Assembly: GCA_028698185.1 (NCBI GenBank)
Contig: JAQVDW010000001.1
Location: 60,001 to 92,000 of the forward strand
Source: Erysipelotrichaceae bacterium
Lineage (GTDB): Bacteria > Bacillota_I > Bacilli_A > Erysipelotrichales > Coprobacillaceae
Length of the DNA stretch: 32,000 nt
Direction: 5' to 3'
Shown here: positions 8,062 through 16,191 of the stretch, one piece after another
Position numbering within the stretch: the stretch's first letter is position 1
Layout of the letters: every line of letters begins with the position of its first letter
Program-made: the position numbers and the translations under genes
The notes under the pieces: model-generated
The model's database searches: none
What the model was told of the DNA's origin: nothing
What the model saw: the letters and a program-made list of their open reading frames with translations, nothing else

Positions 8062-8619
8062 TTAAGCTCTTCCTTGATATTTTCCATCTACAGTGGAAAC
8101 CATAACAGTTTCCCCTTCAGAGATGAACAAAGGAACCTTGATTTGATATCCGGTTTCGATAGTTGCGTTTTTTGAAGCGCCTGTAGCAGTGTCCCCTTTG
8201 ACAGCTGGTTCAGTCTCGATAACTTTGAACGGAACGTTTACCGGCAAAGAAACACCCAACACTTCGCCTTCAAAAGAAGTTACTTCAACTTCGTCACTTT
8301 CCTTCAGGAAGTTGATTTCCCATTCCAAGCTGGCAGCTGGAATTTCGATTTGTTCATAAGTTTCCAAATCCATGAAAACCAAGTTTTCACCATCTTTGTA
8401 AAGATATTGTTTTTTGTCTTTGTCGATGTGGGCACGGGCAACTTTTTCACTGTTACCAAAAGTAACTTCAGTGGTAGAACCTGTTCTCAAGTTTTTCATT
8501 TTTACACGGATGTTTGCCGCAGCGCGAGCAGTTTTATTATGAGAGTAGTCTAATACTACATAAAGGTTACCTTCATATAAGAATGTAATCCCTGGTCTTA
8601 AATCTCCAACACTAATCAT
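8062..8619 (-). CDS. efp: Translation elongation factor P (loop-tip residue 32 is Arg)
   Basis: 185 aa from ATG 8619 (MISVGDLRPGITF...), with SD AGGAG 8 nt upstream. It has the C-terminal EF-P signature ETEPAVKGDTATGASKNATIETGYQIKVPLFI. The ORF-track start at 8682 adds 21 non-homologous residues. Confidence 0.95.
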   Translation of the reverse strand: MISVGDLRPGITFLYEGNLYVVLDYSHNKTARAAANIRVKMKNLRTGSTTEVTFGNSEKVARAHIDKDKKQYLYKDGENLVFMDLETYEQIEIPAASLEWEINFLKESDEVEVTSFEGEVLGVSLPVNVPFKVIETEPAVKGDTATGASKNATIETGYQIKVPLFISEGETVMVSTVDGKYQGRA

Positions 8620-8649
8620 TTTATAATCTCCTTTGCAATTTACCGTAAC

Positions 8650-8679
8650 ATTATAACAAAAAACATGACCCCTTGTAAA
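8650..8679 (-). promoter_or_regulatory. Candidate promoter for efp, immediately after the last comG gene
   Basis: Minus strand reads TTTACA-N18-TATAAT (TTTACAaggggtcatgttttttgtTATAAT). Confidence 0.4.
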
Positions 8680-8682
8680 CAC

Positions 8683-9063
8683 TTAATCATCAAATTCAAA
8701 TGAATCGAACCTTCGGTTTGTGCTGTCATAGATCGAATTTATATGATATTGGCAACTGTTTTTTGTGACCTCTATTGAAATATCCCAAAGCGACATGGGA
8801 TTAAATGGTTTTGCAATTACGGCGAATTCAGTTTCTTTGTATTCGAAGTTCACGGCAATTGGCAATTCGTCAAAGTCGATTTTTTTTATCTGACTGGTTA
8901 TATAGATCAGCTCAAGCCGGTCGTCAATAGCTGTCTCGTTTGAACGGTAAGCGCGGTTCGCCGCTTTGGAGTTGGTATAAATCAGTGTTACTGCTGATGC
9001 CACGAGGGCAAAGTAGACAAGCACAACAACCAGGACATCTCCTTTATTGCCCAGTATTTTCAT
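8683..9063 (-). CDS. comGG: ComGG-like minor pseudopilin / competence protein (last gene of the comG operon)
   Basis: The call rests on position after comGF and on a single N-terminal hydrophobic helix, MKILGNKGDVLVVVLVYFALVASAVTLIY. There is no strong sequence signature. I chose the start at ATG 9063. Confidence 0.5.
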   Translation of the reverse strand: MKILGNKGDVLVVVLVYFALVASAVTLIYTNSKAANRAYRSNETAIDDRLELIYITSQIKKIDFDELPIAVNFEYKETEFAVIAKPFNPMSLWDISIEVTKNSCQYHINSIYDSTNRRFDSFEFDD

Positions 9064-9490
9064 AATCGTCGACCTCCACGGGGTAATCACAACCTATTAA
9101 AAAGATATGTTTTATACCCTTCTTTTCAACTTCCAAAAAGATCAGATTGTCCTCCACAAAGAATTCCGCAAAACTGATATCGTTTGTATAGATCACATAA
9201 CCCGGTGTCTTGACCAGCGAGTTTCCGTCAAGGAAAATCCGGTTGATATCTCCATCGCCATCCTCAAACTCGAGAGTCGCGCCACAGGTGATGTTTCTTG
9301 CGGTGATCAAAGTGTTTGCGATCTGATAAATCGCCCCATGCATTGTGTTGTCAATATATTCATCTTTCAATGCGAGTTTGATTGTTCCAAAAACACCCAA
9401 GCTGGAAATTATCATAAGCGATACGCAAAACGAAAGCAATGTCTCGACCAAAGTGAAACCCCTATTGGAATTCAAATAGGCCCTTTTCAT
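9044..9490 (-). CDS. comGF: ComGF-like minor pseudopilin with a prepilin-type N-terminal methylation motif
   Basis: The N-terminus MKRAYLNSNRGFTLVETLLSF carries G-FTLVE. The size (148 aa) and position match comGF. Confidence 0.65.
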   Translation of the reverse strand: MKRAYLNSNRGFTLVETLLSFCVSLMIISSLGVFGTIKLALKDEYIDNTMHGAIYQIANTLITARNITCGATLEFEDGDGDINRIFLDGNSLVKTPGYVIYTNDISFAEFFVEDNLIFLEVEKKGIKHIFLIGCDYPVEVDDYENTGQ

Positions 9491-9638
9491 TTATTACCAC
9501 CTCGTTTTTGTCGGCAATAAGGGTCGAATATTTTTGCACCGTCTTGTTGTAGGCCCCCATCAAGAGGATAGTAGAGCTCAAGAAGATGGAAAATGCCAAC
9601 AGGCTGCTAACCAGGCTATTGCCCCGCTTATTTCGCAT
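9462..9638 (-). CDS. comGE: ComGE-like small pseudopilin (degenerate prepilin motif)
   Basis: 58 aa from ATG 9638: MRNKRGNSLVSSLLAFSIFLSSTILLMGAY. The motif lacks Glu5. Position between comGD and comGF supports the call. The ORF-track start at 9734 lies inside comGD. Confidence 0.5.
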   Translation of the reverse strand: MRNKRGNSLVSSLLAFSIFLSSTILLMGAYNKTVQKYSTLIADKNEVVINEKGLFEFQ

Positions 9639-10032
9639 AACAGTTGCCCGAACCCAGGTTGAATGTGATTTTGACCTGTTCTTTGCCGTTTTGTAGGTAG
9701 ATTGAATTGGCCTGGTTGATGTTGCCTTTCTCATTGAACCATAAACTCAACTCTTTGGAAAATCCGGCCTTGGCAAGTTGATACTCTTCCAACAATTCAT
9801 CTTGGCATACCAGCCGCAATGTCGTACTGTCGAATTCCATTTCCACTTTCTGACGGGTGTTTATCGCATAGGATTTCGCATAATTTACATAGATGATGAG
9901 ATGATGGGCCTGGTTCATGAGACTTGGTGTCAGGCTTAGATTGGCTAGAGGTATCGATATGGCGACCAGAAGCATCATTATTGAAAATGAAAAAAGCATC
10001 TCGACCAAAGTGAATCCTAAATTATCTCGCAT
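9628..10032 (-). CDS. comGD: ComGD-like minor pseudopilin
   Basis: 134 aa from ATG 10032: MRDNLGFTLVEMLFSFSIMMLLVAISIPL, a prepilin cleavage/methylation motif. The start overlaps the comGC stop by 11 nt. Confidence 0.7.
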   Translation of the reverse strand: MRDNLGFTLVEMLFSFSIMMLLVAISIPLANLSLTPSLMNQAHHLIIYVNYAKSYAINTRQKVEMEFDSTTLRLVCQDELLEEYQLAKAGFSKELSLWFNEKGNINQANSIYLQNGKEQVKITFNLGSGNCYAK

Positions 10033-10339
10033 AGGCCTGACCGTCTTCGATGTAGATTTCCAAGCCGTTTGGACACGATGCTTGTTCCTCACTAAGGTAA
10101 GGATGGTCGCCGCTGGTAAGGTCGTCGATTGAATCCGGCAAGCGGCCATGTTCGATTTCATAAAGCAAGATTTGCGAATTGACCACTTCAACCTGGGCCT
10201 TGCAGCCGCGATCCTTGACGATGGTGTTCTTGCTTGTTACATTGGGGATGACCAACAGTAAAAGCACGAGAACGACACTCAGGCAGAATATCATTTCAAT
10301 CAAAGTAAAACCATTCTTGTTCATATAAGTTTCCTTCAT
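10022..10339 (-). CDS. comGC: ComGC major competence pseudopilin
   Basis: MKETYMNKNGFTLIEMIFCLSVVLVLLLLVIP has a G-FTLIEM motif. The protein is about 100 aa. SD AAAGGAG lies 6 nt before ATG 10339; the alternative start is M6. Confidence 0.85.
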   Translation of the reverse strand: MKETYMNKNGFTLIEMIFCLSVVLVLLLLVIPNVTSKNTIVKDRGCKAQVEVVNSQILLYEIEHGRLPDSIDDLTSGDHPYLSEEQASCPNGLEIYIEDGQAYAR

Positions 10340-10359
10340 AAAAGACTCCTTTCGTTTTT

Positions 10360-11361
10360 TTACATCAGTTCGATTGAATTCATCAGTGGCAAAATGATTG
10401 CCAGGTAAATGCTGACAATGAAAATGGCAACAAAGCCAAATACGAATGGAACGAACATGATTGTGACCCGTTCGATAAGATTTGTTACAAGTTTTTTCTG
10501 GCTTTGGATATAGAGATCGAGGTTCTTGTTAACGGCATTGTTGACAATCATCAGGTGGAAATAGTTTTTTAGATAATCATTGAAATAGTTAAAGTCCTTG
10601 ACAGCCTGTTCGACCGGAGACCCCTGCTCGATATCTTTTTTAAGCTCATAAATAACCATTTTCAAGTCACTCGAATCCATCTGGGAGTATAGAATATGGA
10701 TGATGTTTCCGGTTGAATAACCGTTTTTTACAAGCTCATTGTAATAGATGGCGAATTTCAATGAATAGTAACTCCGGATAATCCAATTCAATCCGTAAAG
10801 ACGGTTGAAAAAATCGATTATCGGGAAGTTGTTCTTCCTGATCCCGTAAATAAGGGTTACCCCGATGGAAATGATAAACAGGAATATGGTCAATATCGCA
10901 ACAGGAAAGACATTTAAAAATGAAAATACAATATTCGTGAATATCGAAGGTTCGATATTGAACGAGGTAAAAAGCAGGTTGATCTGGGGCATAAGGCTGA
11001 AAATCAAAAATAGACAGAACACGCTCACGAAAACGATCAGGAAAAACGGATAGCTGATTTTTTTGAAGAGGAATTTTCTTATTTCAATGCTCTCGACAGT
11101 CAATGTCAAAGCTTGATTGATTGCCTCGGATGTGTTCAAACCATTATTGAAGAACCTGAAATACTCCAGAAAAACATGAGGCAAGGTGGAATTGGTAATT
11201 CCTGATTCCAGACTTTCACCTTCATGAACTTTACGGGATATTTCTTTGAAGCTTTTAGAAGGATAGGTTGTCAAAACCAGGGTCAGTGCATCATCGAGAT
11301 AGAACCCCTGGTCCAAAAGCATTGCCAAAGTTTCAAGGCCCCTAAGATCATAGTTCATCAT
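10360..11361 (-). CDS. comGB: ComGB, type II secretion/type IV pilus platform protein (GspF family)
   Basis: 333-aa polytopic membrane protein with a two-fold repeated GspF-like organisation. It lies between comGA and comGC. Confidence 0.85.
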   Translation of the reverse strand: MMNYDLRGLETLAMLLDQGFYLDDALTLVLTTYPSKSFKEISRKVHEGESLESGITNSTLPHVFLEYFRFFNNGLNTSEAINQALTLTVESIEIRKFLFKKISYPFFLIVFVSVFCLFLIFSLMPQINLLFTSFNIEPSIFTNIVFSFLNVFPVAILTIFLFIISIGVTLIYGIRKNNFPIIDFFNRLYGLNWIIRSYYSLKFAIYYNELVKNGYSTGNIIHILYSQMDSSDLKMVIYELKKDIEQGSPVEQAVKDFNYFNDYLKNYFHLMIVNNAVNKNLDLYIQSQKKLVTNLIERVTIMFVPFVFGFVAIFIVSIYLAIILPLMNSIELM

Positions 11362-12334
11362 TTAGCTGCTCCTGAAATCTTTTTGAGATATGCCCGTTAT
11401 CTTTCAGGCGCTCGATATTTTTGGCGAAGCTGTAAATGTCGTAACTCCGGTTTTTAAAGAAGCTGGCGATGTTTTTGCTGTCGATAAACTCGCTTAGCAA
11501 AATCAGATTATCGTTTTCATCGAATACGATCCGTTGACAACATATCCCTTTGATTATCTCAACCAAGTCGTACTCGGGAATGCCAAGATTCCTTAGACGG
11601 CTTATTGCCTGCAAACAATTCGAACTATGCAAGGTGCTGCAGACCATATGGCCGGTCATTGAAGCTTCTACGACTAGTCTGGCAGTTTGTGAGTCGCGGA
11701 TTTCGCCGATCATGATGATATCCGGATCATGGCGCAATATCTGTTTAAGGGTGGTCTGGTAGTTAATCCCCATCGATTCATTCAATTGGATTTGGAGGCA
11801 GTAATCCTTGGATACCTCGATGGGGTCCTCGATTGTGATGATATTTCGAGTGTAGTTTTCATTCATGTGGTCCAACAAAGCATACAAAGATGTGCTTTTC
11901 CCAGAACCAGTCGGACCGCATATCAAAAAAAGGCCGTTCCTTTTTGCAGCAACCGAAGTCAAAAAATCATTAATTCTATTATCCCTGGATATTGACTTCA
12001 AATCGATATTTGTGTGATTGTTGAGTATTCTGATAACAATGGAGTCCTTCTTGGCAGTGGGCAATGATGAAGTCCGGAAGCTGTATTTGCGGTTGTTGAA
12101 ACTCAAGCTGAACGCCCCAGTCTGGGGCTTGAGCTTGAAATTTGTGTCAATCCGGCTAAAATAGCGGATATAATTGAGCAACCGCAGGCCCTGGTCATAA
12201 GGCAGACTCCTATAGGTGACCATTTCACTGTGAATCCTAAGGCTGATCCGGCATTTTTCTTGCAAAACGAAGTGGATGTCGCTTGAACCTTTGACAATCG
12301 AATAGTTAAGAATATTTATCAATAATTTGTGCAT
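11348..12334 (-). CDS. comGA: ComGA, type IV pilus/T2SS assembly ATPase (GspE family)
   Basis: Walker A GPTGSGKST, Asp box IITIEDPIE, Walker B-like DPDIIMIGEIRD, and His box TGHMVCSTLH. Confidence 0.9.
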   Translation of the reverse strand: MHKLLINILNYSIVKGSSDIHFVLQEKCRISLRIHSEMVTYRSLPYDQGLRLLNYIRYFSRIDTNFKLKPQTGAFSLSFNNRKYSFRTSSLPTAKKDSIVIRILNNHTNIDLKSISRDNRINDFLTSVAAKRNGLFLICGPTGSGKSTSLYALLDHMNENYTRNIITIEDPIEVSKDYCLQIQLNESMGINYQTTLKQILRHDPDIIMIGEIRDSQTARLVVEASMTGHMVCSTLHSSNCLQAISRLRNLGIPEYDLVEIIKGICCQRIVFDENDNLILLSEFIDSKNIASFFKNRSYDIYSFAKNIERLKDNGHISKRFQEQLNDEL

Positions 12335-12392
12335 TCCCCTTTCCCCCTTTACAATAATTACTAGAAAGAGCCGGGTTTTTCTTTAAAAACGC

Positions 12393-12418
12393 AAAAAAAC
12401 TGCCAGGTAGCTGACAGT
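12393..12418 (-). terminator. Intrinsic terminator after pmbA, just upstream of the comG operon
   Basis: Minus-strand RNA reads ACUGUCAG-CUAC-CUGGCAGU (8 bp including one G-U) followed by UUUUUUU. Confidence 0.65.
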
Positions 12419-12423
12419 TTGAA

Positions 12424-13758
12424 TTAGTTGCCGGAGATTAGGCAGTCTTTAAACAGGATAGAACTAGAACCGATTCCGCTATATGAAAAGTGGAGATCCG
12501 ATCCGATGGCGACAAGCTGTTCATCAAATAGTTTAAAAAGATTTCCTGAAAGCAAAATCAGATTGACCGGGGCAGAGATTTTTCCATTTTCGATGATATG
12601 GCCAGAACACTGCAGGGAGAAGTCACCGGTGAGCGTGTTCATTCCGGAATGAAGTCCCTGGATGTTTTCAATCATTATCCCACAACCGGTTTTTTCAAGC
12701 AAGTCCTGAAAACTAGCTTCTTTGGGCTCAATATAGAAATTCGTCGGTCTTATACCCACTTCACTCTTGTAGCCGCTTTTAAATCCGTTTCCGGTTGATT
12801 GGGATTTGGATTTTTTTCCGGTTTTGAGATTGTGCAGAAATGTGTTGATGACCCCGTTTTCAATTACCGCCTTTTTTGATGTAGGAGTCCCCTCATCATC
12901 GAAAGGGGTTGAACCTATTCCCTTTTCCAGGTGGGGATTGTCGATTATGGTCAAGTCTTGATTTAGAACTTTTTTGTTGAGGCTGTCCTTGTATTTTGAC
13001 AGGCCTTTGTTGACCAAGTCGCCATTGAGACTGGGGATCAGGGAACCTAGAATTCCAATCATTGCCTCGTTTTTGACCAGGACATTGTATTTGCCGGATT
13101 TGACGGTTGTGGCATGGAGCATCGAAACCGCCTTGGCCACTGCTTTTTTTGCGATTTGTTCAACCGAAAATTCATCGATGGAAAATTTGACCTGGTAGTC
13201 AAATCCGGTTTTCGTATCTTCTTGTTCGCCAACCATCAGCGATGTGGACAGGATGGCGTAGTTGTTTTTTCGCTCCAGGGATAATCCGTACGAATTGAAA
13301 ATCCTGATTTCTTTTTGGGCGATTGCGAAGTTGCTGCTCATTACCTGCTTGATCCGCGGGTCTAGATCCAAAACGGTCTTTTCAAGAGCCTTCAACAGTG
13401 AAATGATATCCTGGGTGGCGATATTTTCAAGTTGAGGGAAATACGTCTGAAGTTGCTCGTAGTTTCCCATCGTCTGGTTGAAAAGGACTTCATCGTCATT
13501 TTCAATAGTCAAGGAGCTGGAAATTATCCTTTGCAAAATCTCATCGCCCAAGTCATCGCTGAATTTTTCGATGAAAGTATTTCCTTCTTTCCCCTGATAA
13601 ATCCCCCGGATAGCCAGCCCTTTGACATCGGAGGAATTGTAATCGTCAACCTCACCTTCGAAAAGGCTGACTTCGATTTCCTTTGTTGTCGCTTCATATA
13701 GCTCCAACGCTTCGATATTCAGTTCTTTCGCTTTTAAAAACAGCACGTTGTAATCCAT
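12424..13758 (-). CDS. pmbA: PmbA/TldE-family metallopeptidase partner subunit
   Basis: 444 aa from the TldD/PmbA family, without an HExxxH motif. It is coupled to tldD by a 1-nt overlap. The C-terminal region reads GDFSLQCSGHIIENGKISAPV. Confidence 0.85.
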   Translation of the reverse strand: MDYNVLFLKAKELNIEALELYEATTKEIEVSLFEGEVDDYNSSDVKGLAIRGIYQGKEGNTFIEKFSDDLGDEILQRIISSSLTIENDDEVLFNQTMGNYEQLQTYFPQLENIATQDIISLLKALEKTVLDLDPRIKQVMSSNFAIAQKEIRIFNSYGLSLERKNNYAILSTSLMVGEQEDTKTGFDYQVKFSIDEFSVEQIAKKAVAKAVSMLHATTVKSGKYNVLVKNEAMIGILGSLIPSLNGDLVNKGLSKYKDSLNKKVLNQDLTIIDNPHLEKGIGSTPFDDEGTPTSKKAVIENGVINTFLHNLKTGKKSKSQSTGNGFKSGYKSEVGIRPTNFYIEPKEASFQDLLEKTGCGIMIENIQGLHSGMNTLTGDFSLQCSGHIIENGKISAPVNLILLSGNLFKLFDEQLVAIGSDLHFSYSGIGSSSILFKDCLISGN

Positions 13759-15149
13759 CAGATATTGCCTCCCCTTCCACCGACGGTCATTTTCTTAACT
13801 CTTATTGCCGGTTGTCCGACATCGACAGGTATCGACCCGCTGGCGGATCCGCACATTCCCTGGGCCCGAAGCAGGTTGTTGGCCACCATATCGATGTCTT
13901 GAAGAACCTGGGCTCCGTTTCCAACGAGTGAGGCACCTTTGACGGGTTTAGTGATTTTCCCATCCTCAATAAGATAGCCTTCCTGGACCGCAAAATTGAA
14001 ATCGCCAGTGGCTGGGTTGACCGAACCACCTCCCAGACTTGCTGCAAACAGCCCAAACTTGGTCGCTTCGATCAACTCATCCAATGTGCTTTTACCATTG
14101 GTGATGAATGTGTTGTTCATCCTTGATGTTGGCTGATAGTGATAGGACTGCCGGCGGCCGCTACCGGTTGATTTTGAGCCCATTTTACGACCGTTGAACT
14201 GGTCAACAAGGTAGCCTTTAAGGATGCCCTTCTCGATAAGTACATTTCTTTGAGTGAAGTTGCCCTCGTCATCGATGTTCGAAGAACCCCAGGCGTTTTG
14301 GATGGTTCCATCGTCAACAGCGCTGACCAGTTCACTGGCGATTTTCTCACCGATCTTGTTGGCGAAGATGCTTTGGTTCTTGGCGACTGAAGTCGCCTCA
14401 AGCAAATGGCCGCAAGCCTCATGGAAAATGACCCCACCAAACCCGTTGTTTATAACAACATCCATCACGCCGCTTGGACATTCCTTGGCGTGGAACATCT
14501 TGATTGCTTTTTCGCTGACTTCCCGACCTAACTGTTTTAGGTCGATCTCATCATAAAATTCCAGCCCTTTGCTGGCACCGGGAGCCTTGTAGAAGTCCTG
14601 TAGCTGACCATCTTTTTCGACGATTGCGGTTACCGCAATCCGGGTCTGGACTCGGCTGTCTTCGATATATTTGCCCTGTGAATTGGCGACCAGTATTTTT
14701 TGGTGACTGTCGCTGTAATTGACATTCACCTTGCTGATTAGCTCACTGTAATCTTTGGCGCCGTGATATGCCTTTTCGATTATTCCTTTTTTATAATCCA
14801 TATCGAAGTCTTCAGGATATTTTTCAATCGGGTGTTTATTTGTGTAGACCACCTTTTCAAGCCTTTGGGCCGATACAGTTGCTTGTCCCTGGAAGTTGGC
14901 GGCAAGGTCCTTGGCTATTGTGATTAGATTGTCCAGGGAATTGTTGTTGGTCGAACCGTAGACGCTCATCTTGCCATGGTACAGGCGGATACCGATGCCA
15001 TAGGAATTGCCGCTGTTGACTTTTTCAATCTTCCCGTCAATCTGGGAAATGGCGGTCGAAAACTTGTCTTCTTCAAATATCTCAACAAAGTCGCATCCTG
15101 TTTCCAGGCCGGCTTCAATGACTTGCTCACAGGTATTTATATCTAACAT
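13758..15149 (-). CDS. tldD: TldD-family zinc metallopeptidase
   Basis: 463 aa with the HExxxH motif in VIFHEACGHLLE, and C-terminal GDFNFAVQEGYLIEDGKITKPV typical of TldD. Confidence 0.9.
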   Translation of the reverse strand: MLDINTCEQVIEAGLETGCDFVEIFEEDKFSTAISQIDGKIEKVNSGNSYGIGIRLYHGKMSVYGSTNNNSLDNLITIAKDLAANFQGQATVSAQRLEKVVYTNKHPIEKYPEDFDMDYKKGIIEKAYHGAKDYSELISKVNVNYSDSHQKILVANSQGKYIEDSRVQTRIAVTAIVEKDGQLQDFYKAPGASKGLEFYDEIDLKQLGREVSEKAIKMFHAKECPSGVMDVVINNGFGGVIFHEACGHLLEATSVAKNQSIFANKIGEKIASELVSAVDDGTIQNAWGSSNIDDEGNFTQRNVLIEKGILKGYLVDQFNGRKMGSKSTGSGRRQSYHYQPTSRMNNTFITNGKSTLDELIEATKFGLFAASLGGGSVNPATGDFNFAVQEGYLIEDGKITKPVKGASLVGNGAQVLQDIDMVANNLLRAQGMCGSASGSIPVDVGQPAIRVKKMTVGGRGGNI

Positions 15150-15245
15150 AACGTTCTCCTTTTCTGGTTGTAAATCAATTTAGTTAATTCTAGCAAATTT
15201 ATCATGAATTCACAAACATAATAGACAAAAAAATGGCGGTTGACC

Positions 15246-15269
15246 AAAAAAAGGAACGCTTCCGTTCCC
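15246..15269 (-). terminator. Intrinsic terminator after the GRE-activase gene
   Basis: Minus strand reads GGGAACG-gaag-CGTTCC followed by TTTTTTT, starting 2 nt after the stop codon. Confidence 0.65.
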
Positions 15270-15270
15270 A

Positions 15271-16191
15271 TCAATGGACTTTTATAAGATTTGCGATTCC
15301 TTCTTGCTCTATTGTTTCGTACAGTTTCTTTAACTCGGATTCACAAAGTGGCTCAAGCGACCTGTCCAATGTGAAGTCGGTTTCCATATTCTCGTATTTC
15401 GCTTCTGCCAGGTAATTGTAGTTCAACAATTCATATTTGACACCAGGGTAGCATTCGTAGATGAAGTTGGCTATCGCCCTGATGTTTTGGCCACTGGTGG
15501 TTATTCCTGGGATCAAAGGAGTCCTGATGATAACCTTGTCTTTGTGGGGGGAACTAAGAATATAGGCGATATTTTCCAGGATGGTCTCGTTGGGTGCCCC
15601 AGTGTGAAAAAGATGTTCATTGCTGTTAAATAGCTTCAAATCGATATAGATGGTATCCAACAAATCCAGAATTGGTATTATTTTTTTTAACGGGGCGTAA
15701 AGTGATGTTTCAATTGCCGTGTTGATGCCTTCGCTATGGCATTGCCTCAGTACAGTTTCTAAAAAGTCGACCTGCATCAGCGGTTCGCCCCCGGAAAAGG
15801 TCACCCCACCTTTTTCCTGATAGAATACCTGGTCCGATTTGATTGTTTCCAAAAGTTTAGAAGAAGTTATGACCTCACCGATTTTCACAATCGCATTGGC
15901 AGGGCAATTTTGGATAAGTAATGTAAAATCAACGCTGGAGGTAAAGTTGAATTTAGGATGGCCATCAAATCCGGCAATTTGGTCCGCTTTCATTACGTCC
16001 AGGCACCTTTTGCAGCCGATGCAGTTGTTCTTGATGAACACCACTTCCCGGGCTGGATTCAAGCCCTCTGGATTGTGACACCATGAACAGCTTAGCGGGC
16101 AGCCTTTGAAAAATACGGTTGTCCGGATTCCCCCGCCGTCATGGAGCGCGAAGCGTTTGATGGCGAAGATTGTTCCATTAGTCGAAGTCAT
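15271..16191 (-). CDS. Glycyl-radical enzyme activating protein (radical SAM, with an auxiliary ferredoxin-like Cys clusters region)
   Basis: It has the CX3CX2C motif CPLSCSWCHNPE, followed by NNCIGCKRCLDV and QNCPANAI cluster motifs. It is 306 aa and overlaps the GRE stop by 14 nt. Confidence 0.9.
   Translation of the reverse strand: MTSTNGTIFAIKRFALHDGGGIRTTVFFKGCPLSCSWCHNPEGLNPAREVVFIKNNCIGCKRCLDVMKADQIAGFDGHPKFNFTSSVDFTLLIQNCPANAIVKIGEVITSSKLLETIKSDQVFYQEKGGVTFSGGEPLMQVDFLETVLRQCHSEGINTAIETSLYAPLKKIIPILDLLDTIYIDLKLFNSNEHLFHTGAPNETILENIAYILSSPHKDKVIIRTPLIPGITTSGQNIRAIANFIYECYPGVKYELLNYNYLAEAKYENMETDFTLDRSLEPLCESELKKLYETIEQEGIANLIKVH

Noticed and set aside
12424-15149. TldD/PmbA pair considered as the maturation protease of a nearby RiPP or microcin-type system, or as functionally linked to the comG or GRE genes.
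   Set aside because: I found no precursor peptide, cyclodehydratase, immunity gene or exporter nearby. The pair has its own terminator and is separated by terminators from both neighbours. TldD/PmbA pairs are common housekeeping peptidases.
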